Source: Chloroflexota bacterium (GTDB taxonomy: Bacteria > Chloroflexota > UBA11872). Taken from it: DNA of 64,000 nt. The translations under genes were made by a program, and so were the position numbers. Of the stretch, positions 19,364-29,070 are shown piece by piece. Numbering within the stretch: the first letter of the stretch is position 1; every line of letters begins with the position of its first letter. The stretch spans positions 112 to 64,111 of the forward strand of contig DAOUHO010000110.1 in NCBI GenBank assembly GCA_034428595.1, written 5' to 3'. The notes below the pieces were generated by a model, which had not been told where the DNA came from, did no database searches, and was given only the letters and a program-made list of their open reading frames with translations.

Positions 19364-19553
19364 GAGCAGTCGTACGAAACACGTCTGAGCGCCAAATGAT
19401 AGCGTTTACACGCTCATGGCCGACGATCCCTGGCAACGATCAATCTCGTGGCCTGCTCGAAGATGTGACGTTCTGGCCGATGATTCGCCTGCCACACAGT
19501 CCCAGATGCGCACAGTCCGCTGGCATAGTCGGAGAGTTGACCACGTTGCGCCC

Positions 19554-20453
19554 ATGCGAGAAGGTCAACGCACCACCAATGAATCTGTGACGGAGGCGGC
19601 GATGGCCGTTGAGGCGGCGACGCGGCAGATTGACGATCGAGACTGGTCGGTGCTGACCCTCGGCGAGCGCATCCGGCAGATCGAGGTCGAGGGCTACCTG
19701 GTCCTACCCGACCTGCTCACGCCCGAGCGGGTGGCGGAGCTCAAGGAGGTCACTGCGACCTGGGAAACCGTCGCCACCGACTACAGCAAGAGCCAGCAGG
19801 TTCGTCCCGGCGTGGAGTTTGCCGGCGGGCTCATCAACGATCTGATCGCCAACCCGCCGACGCTGGAATTCCTGCGCGCGCTCTGCGGACCGGACATCAT
19901 CCTGATGTCGGTGGCCTATGCGCGCTCCGAGCCCGGCCATCCCGGCATCAGCCTGCACACCGACGGCCAGCCCTACGGATCCAAAATCTTCGGCTACGGC
20001 GGCAGCGCGCCCTTCATGGTCCGGGTGCTCTACTACCTCGACGATCTGACGCCCGAGGTCTCGCCGTTTCGCGTCGTGCCGCGGTCCCATCTCGCCTTCC
20101 ACGCCGACGCAAATCCCTATCTCCGCTTCGAGGGCCACCCCGAAGAGGTCATGGTGCCCGCCAAGGCGGGATCTGCCGTGCTGATCAATCACCGCGTGTT
20201 CCACGGCAACTTTCCCAATACGGGCGATCGGCCGCGGGAGATGCTTGCCATCGCCTACCGGCCCGCCTGGGCGGGACCGCAGGGCGACGTGCCGGCCTGG
20301 GACCCCGACGCCGTGGCGGCGCTGCCCGACCACGTGCGCCCGCTGTTCGCCGATCGCAACACCCGTCACTGGCTTCCCGAGGGCGGCAACAAGCCGGCGG
20401 GCATGCAGTCCGAGGCGCCGGGAATGAATCCCAGCCGCTGGGAGATGGCTTAG
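19554..20453 (+). CDS. phytanoyl-CoA dioxygenase (PhyH) family Fe(II)/2-oxoglutarate oxygenase
   Basis: PhyH motifs HTDGQ ... H(RVF)HGNFPN; ORF open from 19416, ATG at 19554 (or 19602) chosen as start. Confidence 0.75.
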   Translation: MREGQRTTNESVTEAAMAVEAATRQIDDRDWSVLTLGERIRQIEVEGYLVLPDLLTPERVAELKEVTATWETVATDYSKSQQVRPGVEFAGGLINDLIANPPTLEFLRALCGPDIILMSVAYARSEPGHPGISLHTDGQPYGSKIFGYGGSAPFMVRVLYYLDDLTPEVSPFRVVPRSHLAFHADANPYLRFEGHPEEVMVPAKAGSAVLINHRVFHGNFPNTGDRPREMLAIAYRPAWAGPQGDVPAWDPDAVAALPDHVRPLFADRNTRHWLPEGGNKPAGMQSEAPGMNPSRWEMA

Positions 20454-20463
20454 CGGTTCGGCG

Positions 20464-21543
20464 CTAGCCCGAGTCGGGCGGCTCGTTGCCCCATTCGTAG
20501 GAAAGCACGCGCACGTTGCGTTCCTGCAGCGGCAGCGCCACGCGGGCGCCGTCCTGGAGGTGCGACTCGTGGAACGCGAGGCCGAGCTCGGTGACCAGGC
20601 GCGCGCGGTCCAGCCCGCAGATCGAGGGCCGGCCGTCGCGAATCGCGGCCACGAGGTCGCCGACAGCCACGCGGCCCGCATCAGCCAGACCGCCTCGGTT
20701 GGGCAATTCCAGCGGCTCGGCCGCCAGGCCTTCGCGGCCGAGGAAGCCGAAGCCCTCGCGCACGCGCCACACCAGGGCGTCGTTGGCATCGTTGGTCACC
20801 AGCAGCCGGCCTTCGGTCCCCAGGACTTCGTAGGCGTGACTCGGCGCGCCCTCGCGCATCACGTGCGCGAACTTGTTCTCGCCCCAGCCGAACATTCCGC
20901 GGCCCGGCGGATCCAGCCGGTCCCGCGCGTCCGGCGGCAGACTGGAGACGTCGTTGACATATCCAGCGGCCCAGGTTGGCTCTGGATGCCCCGCCAGCGT
21001 GAGCATCACGTCCAGCCAGTGGCAGCCGTGGTTGAGCAACTGCGCCAGCCCGAACCCGAACACCGCCTGGACCTCGCCGATCAGCCCGTCCTCCAGCAGC
21101 TTGGCGAGGTGCACGTAGGGCGGCCACCAGGCGCGGTCGAGGCCATAGACCACGCCCACGCCGTTGGCCTCGCACGCGTGGACGATGCGATCGACCTCGT
21201 CCATCGTCGTGCAGAGCGGCTTCTCGAAGAATATCCCTCGCACTCCCGCCGCCGCGGCCTGCTCGCATTGATCGGCGTGCATGGTTTGCCGCGTGGCGAT
21301 GCACACGATGTCGGGATCGACCGCTTCCAGCATGCGCGGGTAGTCGTCGAAATCGGGGATGTGGTCGCCCCAGACCGCCTTGAACGCCCGGCGCGTTTCG
21401 TCGCCGTAGTCGAACACGCCCACAATCTCGGTCTCGGGCACCGCGTCAAACGCCGTCGCCCAGTTGTGGCTCTGGCCCACGCGGTCGAGCATGCGATGGC
21501 AGCCGGAAATCGCCACCCGCAGCGGGCGATCCGAGGTACTCAT
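20464..21543 (-). CDS. Gfo/Idh/MocA family oxidoreductase
   Basis: 359 aa from ATG at 21543 (MSTSDRPLRVAISG...); N-terminal Rossmann fold; the upstream in-frame extension to 22041 is Arg/Gly-rich junk. Confidence 0.85.
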   Translation of the reverse strand: MSTSDRPLRVAISGCHRMLDRVGQSHNWATAFDAVPETEIVGVFDYGDETRRAFKAVWGDHIPDFDDYPRMLEAVDPDIVCIATRQTMHADQCEQAAAAGVRGIFFEKPLCTTMDEVDRIVHACEANGVGVVYGLDRAWWPPYVHLAKLLEDGLIGEVQAVFGFGLAQLLNHGCHWLDVMLTLAGHPEPTWAAGYVNDVSSLPPDARDRLDPPGRGMFGWGENKFAHVMREGAPSHAYEVLGTEGRLLVTNDANDALVWRVREGFGFLGREGLAAEPLELPNRGGLADAGRVAVGDLVAAIRDGRPSICGLDRARLVTELGLAFHESHLQDGARVALPLQERNVRVLSYEWGNEPPDSG

Positions 21544-21554
21544 CTGGGAGCCGC

Positions 21555-22445
21555 CTAGTCTTCCCGGGGCTTGATGTCGTGGTTCATGGCCCACTCGGGG
21601 TAGTACTGGCGCATTTCGGCGCCGGGAGCCGGCGCGCCCAGCGGCTGCGGCGGCATGCGAAACGGTCCGGGCACCGCGATCATTTCGCTCCAGGTATGGA
21701 CCAGTCCCAGCGCGCGTGCGAGCCGCGACGAGGGCACGTTCCAGGTCGAGGTCGTCCACCACACCAGCTTGCCCTGCTCCAGAATCCAGCGCCCTGCCGC
21801 CGCCGCCACCGCCCGCCCCATGCCGCGCAGCTGCTGATCGGGCGCCGAGTCGATGCCGATCTCGAGCAGCTCGTCGCTTTCGACGCGAATCGCCGCCAAC
21901 GAGACCAGCTGGCCGTCGTTGAAAATGCCGAATCCCCCGATCGCCTCGTCCACGAAGCAGTGCCAGAAGATCTTGGGATCGGCCATCGATCGAATCTCCT
22001 CGCCACTGAGATAGACGGGACGCGGGTCGTCCGCTTCGCAAAAGCTCTGCTCGTCGGCCGCCATGCAGAAGTAGGGGCCCCAGCCGGTGAGTCCGTGGGG
22101 AAGCGTGGCCCGGCTGATCTCGTAGGCGCCGTAGATCGAGAAGAGCAGGTCATAGGTCAAGCCGCCGAGGGCCGCCTCTAGCGCCGGCGCCCAATCCGGT
22201 CGGACCGTCACCACGCCGCGGCCCCCGAGCCCCACGGCGAACACCGGGGGCTCAAGCTTCAGGCGCGCGTCCAGAGCGACCACCGGCACCGCCGGAGTCG
22301 CCAACGCCTCCGGCGAGGCCCCCAGCCGCCCTTCCAGCCAGGGCATCAGGTGCTGACGCAATCGCTCAACTGCCATGCAGGTCGGCTCCCGTTGCCGTTG
22401 CCGGGCCGTCGCCGCGGAGCCCGACGCCCCGCCAGCTGCGTTCAC
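21555..22445 (-). CDS. GNAT family N-acetyltransferase
   Basis: acetyl-CoA binding region QQLRGMGRAVAAAA; alternative start ATG at 22376; 12-nt gap to downstream oxidoreductase. Confidence 0.65.
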   Translation of the reverse strand: MNAAGGASGSAATARQRQREPTCMAVERLRQHLMPWLEGRLGASPEALATPAVPVVALDARLKLEPPVFAVGLGGRGVVTVRPDWAPALEAALGGLTYDLLFSIYGAYEISRATLPHGLTGWGPYFCMAADEQSFCEADDPRPVYLSGEEIRSMADPKIFWHCFVDEAIGGFGIFNDGQLVSLAAIRVESDELLEIGIDSAPDQQLRGMGRAVAAAAGRWILEQGKLVWWTTSTWNVPSSRLARALGLVHTWSEMIAVPGPFRMPPQPLGAPAPGAEMRQYYPEWAMNHDIKPRED

Positions 22446-22498
22446 GGGGGGATCGTAGCAGCCGGTTGCAGCCGCGAGGTCGGGGGTCTCTTGAATCC

Positions 22499-22526
22499 GT
22501 CATTCCCGCGAAGGCGGGAGTCCATC
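22499..22526. repeat. REP-like hairpin repeat copy (gtcattcccgcgaaggcgggagtcca)
   Basis: between divergent GNAT and pentapeptide genes. Confidence 0.7.
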
Positions 22527-22605
22527 CTTAAGTCGTCAACCGACGAGTCGAGGGCGTCCGCGGGCGCTGGGACCGCATGCGGCACCCGGATTTGATTGGA
22601 GCCCA

Positions 22606-23493
22606 TTGCCGCCGCGACCGCGCCGCTGGTCGCGGTGTAACCTTGCGGCAGTCGTCGGTGCCCAGAGGTCGCAGGTGAACAACCTCAAGTTCTTGCTCAC
22701 CGCCGGTGGCATCGTGCTGTTCTTCGTGGTGATCAGCGGAATGATGTTCTGGGCGGCCGCCACCTGCGGCGAGGTCATGCGGGCGGAAGCCGAGGCCACG
22801 CCGGTGGCCACGCCCGCCTTGCCGCCAGCCGGAACGCAAGCTGCCGACGAGGGCTTCGGTCCGGTACAACTGATCGGCGTGCTCCTGCTCGGTGGCGGTC
22901 TCTATTACTTCTGGCGCCGCCAGCGATCGCTATACGAGTCCATCAAGGCGCGCGAGGGACCGACCCTAAACACGCGCGTTCGCAGTTCGATCGCCCAGCT
23001 CAACGTCACCGACGAAGGCGAAGCGGTGATCGAGGAGCGCATCCGGGGCATCGAGGAGCTCGGGAAAATCGTGCAGGAGTCTCCGCAGGACTATTGGCCC
23101 GTGATGGAGGTGCTCAGCCGCTATGTGCGCCAAAACGCTCCGCTCGATGCGGAACGCACGGATGACCCCGAAGTCGTCCGCCCGGACGTGCAGATGGCCA
23201 TGACCACGATCGGGGCTCGCCGGCACACGCGGCGCGGCAGTGACCGGCTCAACCTCTCCGAGACGGACCTCCGCGGCGTGCACTTGCCCGGCGCCCACCT
23301 CGAGCGCGTGGACCTCTCAGGGGCGCGACTGGACGGCGCCGTGCTGATCAACGCCCATCTCGAAGAAGCGGATCTGACCGGCGTGAATCTCACGCGCGCG
23401 GATTTGCGCGGCGCTCAGGGTGTTTCCAGCGCCCAGTTGGACGCGGCCATCACCGCCAGCTCGACCCAGCTCCCGGAGGACGTGGCGCCCTAG
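22606..23493 (+). CDS. pentapeptide-repeat protein with N-terminal membrane anchor
   Basis: C-terminal tandem pentapeptide repeats (ETDLRGVHLPGAHLERVDLSGARLDGAVLINAHLEEADLTGVNLTRADLRGAQ); hydrophobic helices near N-terminus; GTG at 22675 is an alternative start. Confidence 0.65.
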   Translation: MPPRPRRWSRCNLAAVVGAQRSQVNNLKFLLTAGGIVLFFVVISGMMFWAAATCGEVMRAEAEATPVATPALPPAGTQAADEGFGPVQLIGVLLLGGGLYYFWRRQRSLYESIKAREGPTLNTRVRSSIAQLNVTDEGEAVIEERIRGIEELGKIVQESPQDYWPVMEVLSRYVRQNAPLDAERTDDPEVVRPDVQMAMTTIGARRHTRRGSDRLNLSETDLRGVHLPGAHLERVDLSGARLDGAVLINAHLEEADLTGVNLTRADLRGAQGVSSAQLDAAITASSTQLPEDVAP

Positions 23494-25403
23494 GATGTCG
23501 TGGAGCGCCGTTCAAGCGTCAACGGCCAGTCAGCCGCGGACGACTCGTCGCCAATGCGCTGATCCATCAGCCCACGCGCCGCGTCCACGATGCCGTCGAC
23601 GCTCAGCCCGTGCGCCGCGCGCAAGCTGTCCGCGGGTCCGTGATCCAGGAAGCGATCCGGCAGGCCCAGGCGGCTCACCGTGATATCGCGCCGGCCGTGG
23701 TCGGCCAGCAACTCGAGCACGGAGCTGCCGAAGCCGCCCATGCGGTTGTGGTCCTCGATCGTCACCACGCGTCCGGTCCGCTCGGCGGCCTCCACGATGA
23801 GGGGCGCGTCCAGCGGCTTGACAAAGCGCGCGTTGACGACCGTGGCGTGAATGCCGTGGTCGGCGGCCAGGATTTCCGCCGCTTGCAGTGCCGGATGCAC
23901 GGCCCACCCAATCGGCAGCAGGGCGATGTCAGCGCCTTCGCGGAGCACCTCGCCGCGACCGATGGGCAGTCGGCGCAGCGGCTCGTCGCAGGGCACCCCG
24001 CGGCCCGCGCCGCGCGAATATCGAATCGCAAATGGCCGATCCGACGCGATGGCGGTTGCCAGCAGGTGCCGGAGCTCGTTCTCGTCCTTGGGCGCCGCCA
24101 CCACAAGGTTTGGAATGGCTCGCAGATAGGCCAGGTCGAGCACCCCGTGATGGGTGCGGCCGTCGTCACCCACGACGCCGGCGCGATCGACGCCCAGCAC
24201 GATCGGCAGCTCCTGAATCGCGATGTCGTGCACGATCTGGTCGAACGCGCGCTGGAGGAAGGTCGAATAGATGCACACCACCGGCCGCAGACCCTGGGTG
24301 GCCAGGCCGGCGGCCAGGGCCAGGGCATGGCTCTCGGCGATGCCCACGTCGTGCACGCGGCCCGGCAGCGCCTGCTGCAGGTCCGCGAGCGCAGTGCCTT
24401 CGAGCATGGCCGCGCTCACGGCAACGAGCCGTGGGTCGTCGCGCGCCAGCTCGGCCAGGGTTTGCGCCAGAACCTTGCTATAGCTCGGTGCGGCGGCGGC
24501 TCCCACCGCCTGAGCCGTGCCCGGCTGATGCAGCGTCACCGGATCGCTTTCCGCGGCGGGGAGGCCCCGGCCTTTCTGCGTGAAGACATGCACGGCGACC
24601 GGTCGACGGAGCGCCTTGGCCGCCTGCAGCGCCTCCTCCAGGGAGCGAAGGTCGTGCCCGTCGATGGGACCCTGATAGGCGAAGCCGAACGCCGCAAAGA
24701 ACTCTTGGGCCGAGCCCGAAGGTGAGGTGGGCGCGGTTTCGCGCTGGGCCGGGGTGAAGCGGCTGTCCGGTGCGGGCGGCGCCCAGTCGTAGTGCCGACC
24801 CTGACCCAAGTTGCGGCCCAGCGCCCCGACGTTCGGCGAGATCGACATCCCGTTGTCGTTCAAAATAAGCACCAGCGGCAAGCCGAGATCGCCCGCATGA
24901 TTGAGCGCCTCGAATACGACGCCCGAGGTGAATGCCCCGTCCCCAATCACCGTGACGACGGAGGCGTCGTCGCCATGGACGCGGCTGGCGAGGGCCACGC
25001 CCGCGCCGGCCGATACGCCCGTGCCGGCGTGCCCGGCGCCGATGACGTCGTGCGGGCTCTCCTCGCGCGCGGCAAATCCCGACAACCCACCCGGTTGGCG
25101 CAAGCTCTTGAAGTCGTCGGCACGTCCCGTGACAAGCTTGTGCGCGTAGGCTTGGTTGCTCGTGTCCCAGATAATCGGGTCCCGGGGGCTTTCAAAGACC
25201 CGGTGCAGGGCCAGCGTCAGCTCGACCACTCCGAGATTCGAGGCGAGATGACCGCCGTTGGCCTGAACCGTGTCGATGATCTCGGCGCGGATCTCGTCGG
25301 CCAGCGCGGCCAGCTCGTCGTCGGCAAGCTGGCGCAAGTCCGCCGGCTCACCCACGCGATCGAGAATTCGGTTCACAATGCCCCCTCGGCCAAGACCGGC
25401 CAA
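23490..25403 (-). CDS. dxs: 1-deoxy-D-xylulose-5-phosphate synthase
   Basis: 637 aa; TPP motif (VIGDGAFTSGVVFEALNHAG) and transketolase-like pyrimidine/C-terminal domains. Confidence 0.9.
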   Translation of the reverse strand: MAGLGRGGIVNRILDRVGEPADLRQLADDELAALADEIRAEIIDTVQANGGHLASNLGVVELTLALHRVFESPRDPIIWDTSNQAYAHKLVTGRADDFKSLRQPGGLSGFAAREESPHDVIGAGHAGTGVSAGAGVALASRVHGDDASVVTVIGDGAFTSGVVFEALNHAGDLGLPLVLILNDNGMSISPNVGALGRNLGQGRHYDWAPPAPDSRFTPAQRETAPTSPSGSAQEFFAAFGFAYQGPIDGHDLRSLEEALQAAKALRRPVAVHVFTQKGRGLPAAESDPVTLHQPGTAQAVGAAAAPSYSKVLAQTLAELARDDPRLVAVSAAMLEGTALADLQQALPGRVHDVGIAESHALALAAGLATQGLRPVVCIYSTFLQRAFDQIVHDIAIQELPIVLGVDRAGVVGDDGRTHHGVLDLAYLRAIPNLVVAAPKDENELRHLLATAIASDRPFAIRYSRGAGRGVPCDEPLRRLPIGRGEVLREGADIALLPIGWAVHPALQAAEILAADHGIHATVVNARFVKPLDAPLIVEAAERTGRVVTIEDHNRMGGFGSSVLELLADHGRRDITVSRLGLPDRFLDHGPADSLRAAHGLSVDGIVDAARGLMDQRIGDESSAADWPLTLERRSTTS

Positions 25404-25543
25404 CTCCCGATGGTGCCTGCTTTATGACTAACGCGCAAAGCCAGCCTGGCGGCGGTCCGATCCCCTCTCCCTTGATGGGAGAGGGCTAGGGTGAGGGTGC
25501 CGGTGCGGAACGCCTCCGCCGCCGTATTGTCGCGGATACCAAC

Positions 25544-26557
25544 GTGACCCATGACCAATCTGGCCGTCGCCCGCGGGTGCTCAGCCTGGTCGAGTTGGCC
25601 GGCCCCGCGGTGGACCGCCTGCGGTGTGTCGCGGACCTCACACTGCGCCCGTGGACCGAGACCCAGGAGCTGGTCGACCCAGTTGAGCTTGCGGGGGAGA
25701 TTGCGGAGCACGGCTACGGCGCCCTCTTCATCGAGGCGGATTTCGTACTTGAGGAAACGATAGTCAGGGCGCCGACGTTGCGGTTCGTGGGGATTTGCCG
25801 CGCCGACGACGCCCACGTCGACCTCGACGCGGCTGCCGCTGCCGGCGTGGTCGTGGCCAACACGCCGGGCCGCAATTCGCAGGCGGTTGCCGAGCTCACG
25901 CTGACGCTCATGCTCAATCTGATGCGCCCGGTGATCGAGGCCTCTCAATTCGTCGCGGACGGCGCTTGGGCCGATCCCACCGCCGGATACTTCGAGTTTC
26001 GTGGCACGGAGCTTGGCGAGCAGACCGTCGGCATCATTGGCCTGGGGGCCATTGGGCGGCGCACGGCCGCGTTGCTGCAACCGTTTGGCTGCCGGATTCT
26101 GGCCAGCGATCCGGCAGTCACCGCGGAGGAAATGCAGGCGCTCGGCTGCACCGCCGCGTCGCTCGACGAGCTTCTCGCCGCTTCAACCATGGTCGCGGTG
26201 CACTGTCCCGCGCTGCCCCAAACACGGGGCCTCATCGATGCCGGCGCCCTGGCCAAGCTGCCGGCCGGGGCGCGCCTGGTCGCCACGACCGGCGAGGGAG
26301 TAGTCGACACCGCGGCACTAGCCGCCGGTCTCAGAGACGGCCGGCTCGACGGCGCCGCCCTCGACGTGTTCGAGACGCACCCGTTGCCTCCCGAGCATCC
26401 CCTGCTTTCGGCGCCGAACGTGATTCTCTTGCCCCACATTGGCGGCGCCACCGACGCCACCGTCACGCGGCACTCCGACATGGTCGTGGACGACTACCTG
26501 CGTTTCCTGGCGGGTGAGCCGCTCCTCAATCCGGTTCCGCCGCACGTGCCTTCATGA
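25544..26557 (+). CDS. D-isomer-specific 2-hydroxyacid dehydrogenase family (phosphoglycerate-dehydrogenase-like)
   Basis: 337 aa; NAD-binding GIIGLGAIGRRTA; catalytic ...HIGGAT... region; GTG start. Confidence 0.85.
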   Translation: MTHDQSGRRPRVLSLVELAGPAVDRLRCVADLTLRPWTETQELVDPVELAGEIAEHGYGALFIEADFVLEETIVRAPTLRFVGICRADDAHVDLDAAAAAGVVVANTPGRNSQAVAELTLTLMLNLMRPVIEASQFVADGAWADPTAGYFEFRGTELGEQTVGIIGLGAIGRRTAALLQPFGCRILASDPAVTAEEMQALGCTAASLDELLAASTMVAVHCPALPQTRGLIDAGALAKLPAGARLVATTGEGVVDTAALAAGLRDGRLDGAALDVFETHPLPPEHPLLSAPNVILLPHIGGATDATVTRHSDMVVDDYLRFLAGEPLLNPVPPHVPS

Positions 26558-28011
26558 CGAGTGGGGCCGCCTATCTCGGAGTCGACATCGGCTCGTCGGG
26601 CACGCGCGTGGTGGCGCTGGATTCAACAGGCAAGATTCGCGCCGTTTCCGCGCGGGCGCGGCCGCGCAAGCCCATGGTCATCACCGACCTCGAGCGCGCC
26701 CTCGACGTCGAGCGGATCTGGTCGGAGGTGGCATCGTGCGTGGCGGAGGTTGCTGCCCAGTGCGGCGGGGTCCGGTCGCTCGGGGTGTGCGCCATGCGCC
26801 AGACCCTCGTCGTGCTGGACGACGCGGATGCGGTGCTCTTCGCCTCGGGCAACGACGACCTGCGAGCGTCGCTGTACGGCGCCGCCATCGACGCCGCCCA
26901 CGGAGACGCCCTCATGCGACAGGCGGGCCGCGCGCTTTCGGTGATCTCATGGCCTGGCAAACTCGCCTGGCTCGAGGCCGAAGCGCCTGAGATCACGGCG
27001 GAAGCCCGCGCGTTGACGACGCTCGAAGGCTGGATCGTCCGCCGAATTACCGGGGCCGAATCAGTCGGATCAGTGAGCGCCGGCGAAACCGGTGCCCGCG
27101 CGATCCCCGAGGGGCGCTGGCTGGACGCTGTGCTGCCCGGTTGGAACCAATCACTGCTCCCGCCGATCGTCGACGCCGCGTGCCGGATATCCGCACGGCA
27201 GGCCCAGGCGCTCGGGCTGCCCCAGGGGCTGCCGGTCGCGATGGGCGTGCCGGACACGCACGCGGCTGAGCTGGGCTCGCGGACGGTGGGCTTCGCCGAC
27301 GGCGACTGTGTGACCGCCGGGTGGAGTCTCACGACCTTGCGGCCGCAAGCGGCATGGGATGCGGAGGCTCCCACCTGGCGCGGTCTTCGCATCGGCGGCG
27401 GCTACCTGGCTGAAAGCAATGCCGGCGACGTGGCGAGCGGCTATGCCTGGCTGAGCCAGGGCGGCGACGGCGAGCTGACCGATCTGGCGAGCCAGACGGA
27501 CTCCGCGGCCGAGCGCGGAATCTTCGCGACGACCGGCGCTCGCGTCATGGACGCGGCGACCGCGGGTCTCGGGGCCGCCGGGGTGGTTTCGCCCATGCCA
27601 TTCCTCGACGGCGTGCCCACGCGCGAGCTGCTGGCCACGGCCGTGCTGGAAGATATCGGCTTTGCCGTGCGGGGAAACCGCGAGCGTCTGCCGTCGCCAA
27701 TCGTGGATGACGCGCCGGTCCGACTCACCGGCGGCTTCGCCGCCGCTCCAGCCGCCGGCCCCATCCTGGCAAACGTGCTCGGCGCGCCGGTGGCGGCCTA
27801 CCCCGGGATTCCGACTACGGCCATCGGCGCGGCGATGTGTGGAGCGGCCGCAGCCGGCGATTTCACCTTTGACGAGGCCGTGGCGCAGTTGGCTCCGGCG
27901 CCACGACTCTACGAGCCGCACCCCTCGGCCGCGCACGCGTACGATGGACACTACGCCTGCTGGGTGGACCTGCGATCCCGGTTGGAGACCTTTGTGCAAG
28001 AGACGCTATGA
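26554..28011 (+). CDS. FGGY family carbohydrate kinase (xylulokinase/ribulokinase-like)
   Basis: 485 aa; N-terminal YLGVDIGSSGTRV motif; ATGA overlap with upstream gene. Confidence 0.8.
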   Translation: MTSGAAYLGVDIGSSGTRVVALDSTGKIRAVSARARPRKPMVITDLERALDVERIWSEVASCVAEVAAQCGGVRSLGVCAMRQTLVVLDDADAVLFASGNDDLRASLYGAAIDAAHGDALMRQAGRALSVISWPGKLAWLEAEAPEITAEARALTTLEGWIVRRITGAESVGSVSAGETGARAIPEGRWLDAVLPGWNQSLLPPIVDAACRISARQAQALGLPQGLPVAMGVPDTHAAELGSRTVGFADGDCVTAGWSLTTLRPQAAWDAEAPTWRGLRIGGGYLAESNAGDVASGYAWLSQGGDGELTDLASQTDSAAERGIFATTGARVMDAATAGLGAAGVVSPMPFLDGVPTRELLATAVLEDIGFAVRGNRERLPSPIVDDAPVRLTGGFAAAPAAGPILANVLGAPVAAYPGIPTTAIGAAMCGAAAAGDFTFDEAVAQLAPAPRLYEPHPSAAHAYDGHYACWVDLRSRLETFVQETL

Positions 28012-28670
28012 ATTCCGCCGAAGCGCGAGCCGCGGTGCTCGAGGCCAGGCAAGCCATGTATCGCGAAGGTCTGGTCGTGGGCACGGCGGGAAATGTCAGC
28101 ATCCGCGCCGACGGCGCCGAGGCCATGCACATCACCCCCAGCCGCATGCCATCCGACGAGACGACGGTCGACGACATCGTGACGGTGACCTTCGACGGCG
28201 ATCCCATCGAGGGCGACCGCATCCCGTCCGTCGAATGCCTCATGCACGGGGCGGTCTATCGGGCGCGGTCGGACGTTCGCGCGGTGGTCCACGCGCACCC
28301 CGTCTTCTCCAGCGTGCTGGCCGTGCGCCATGAGGAAATCCCGCCCATTCTTGACGAGCAGGTCGTGTACGTCGGCGGTGAAGTTGCGGTCAGCGACTAC
28401 GCGCCCTCCGCCACCGAGGAGCTGGCGGAGGCGACCGTGGCCGCCCTGGGTCCGCGAATGGCCGTGCTGTTGGCCAATCACGGCACGCTTGCGGTGGGAT
28501 CCGATCCTGAGCATGCGCTCGAAGTCACCCGGCTGGTCGAGCGTCTGGCTCAAATCTGGTACTTCGCCGACGCCCGACCGGGGAGCCGGCAATTGCCCGA
28601 CGACGTGGCGGCCGCCGAACGCGATATCTTTCACATGCAACGACAGGTTGAGGTCGATCAATGGCGCTGA
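28008..28670 (+). CDS. class II aldolase/adducin family protein (L-fuculose-phosphate aldolase / L-ribulose-5-P 4-epimerase-like)
   Basis: 220 aa; GTAGNVS and metal-binding His cluster (VHAHP); ATGA overlap with kinase gene. Confidence 0.85.
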   Translation: MNSAEARAAVLEARQAMYREGLVVGTAGNVSIRADGAEAMHITPSRMPSDETTVDDIVTVTFDGDPIEGDRIPSVECLMHGAVYRARSDVRAVVHAHPVFSSVLAVRHEEIPPILDEQVVYVGGEVAVSDYAPSATEELAEATVAALGPRMAVLLANHGTLAVGSDPEHALEVTRLVERLAQIWYFADARPGSRQLPDDVAAAERDIFHMQRQVEVDQWR

Positions 28671-29029
28671 AGGTTCCGGGATTCCTCCTGCGGCGGCTGT
28701 ACGTGAAGGGCAGCCTTCGCGCCACGGCCGATGGGTTCGCGTTCAACCTCTCCAACACGCTTGGATCGGGATATGCCCGCCGCATGTTGCCGGTCGCGGT
28801 CAACGGCGTCGAGGTCGACCTGGCGGACTGCTACTTCGTGGTTGACGACGTCGAGCACGGCTTTGCCGAGGTCACGCCGGAGTCACCGTTCAGCCTGGCG
28901 ATGAACATGACGTCAACGCTGGGCGTGCGCGGCGTCACCTTGCCCGACGGCCCGGTCACGCTGCGCCTGGGCTTCGAGGTGCAGGGACTTGGGGATCTGT
29001 CCTTCGAGATCAGCGACGAGGTCGTCTAG
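28661..29029 (+). CDS. hypothetical small protein in sugar operon
   Basis: 122-aa ORF overlapping aldolase stop by 10 nt; no motif recognised. Confidence 0.45.
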   Translation: MALKVPGFLLRRLYVKGSLRATADGFAFNLSNTLGSGYARRMLPVAVNGVEVDLADCYFVVDDVEHGFAEVTPESPFSLAMNMTSTLGVRGVTLPDGPVTLRLGFEVQGLGDLSFEISDEVV

Positions 29030-29070
29030 TCGGCGTCGCGCCGCGGTGAGCGGATTGCGCGCGGGCTAGC

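Noticed and set aside
19704-20789. 361-aa minus-strand ORF
   Set aside because: Antisense to the PhyH gene and out of frame with the Gfo/Idh/MocA gene.
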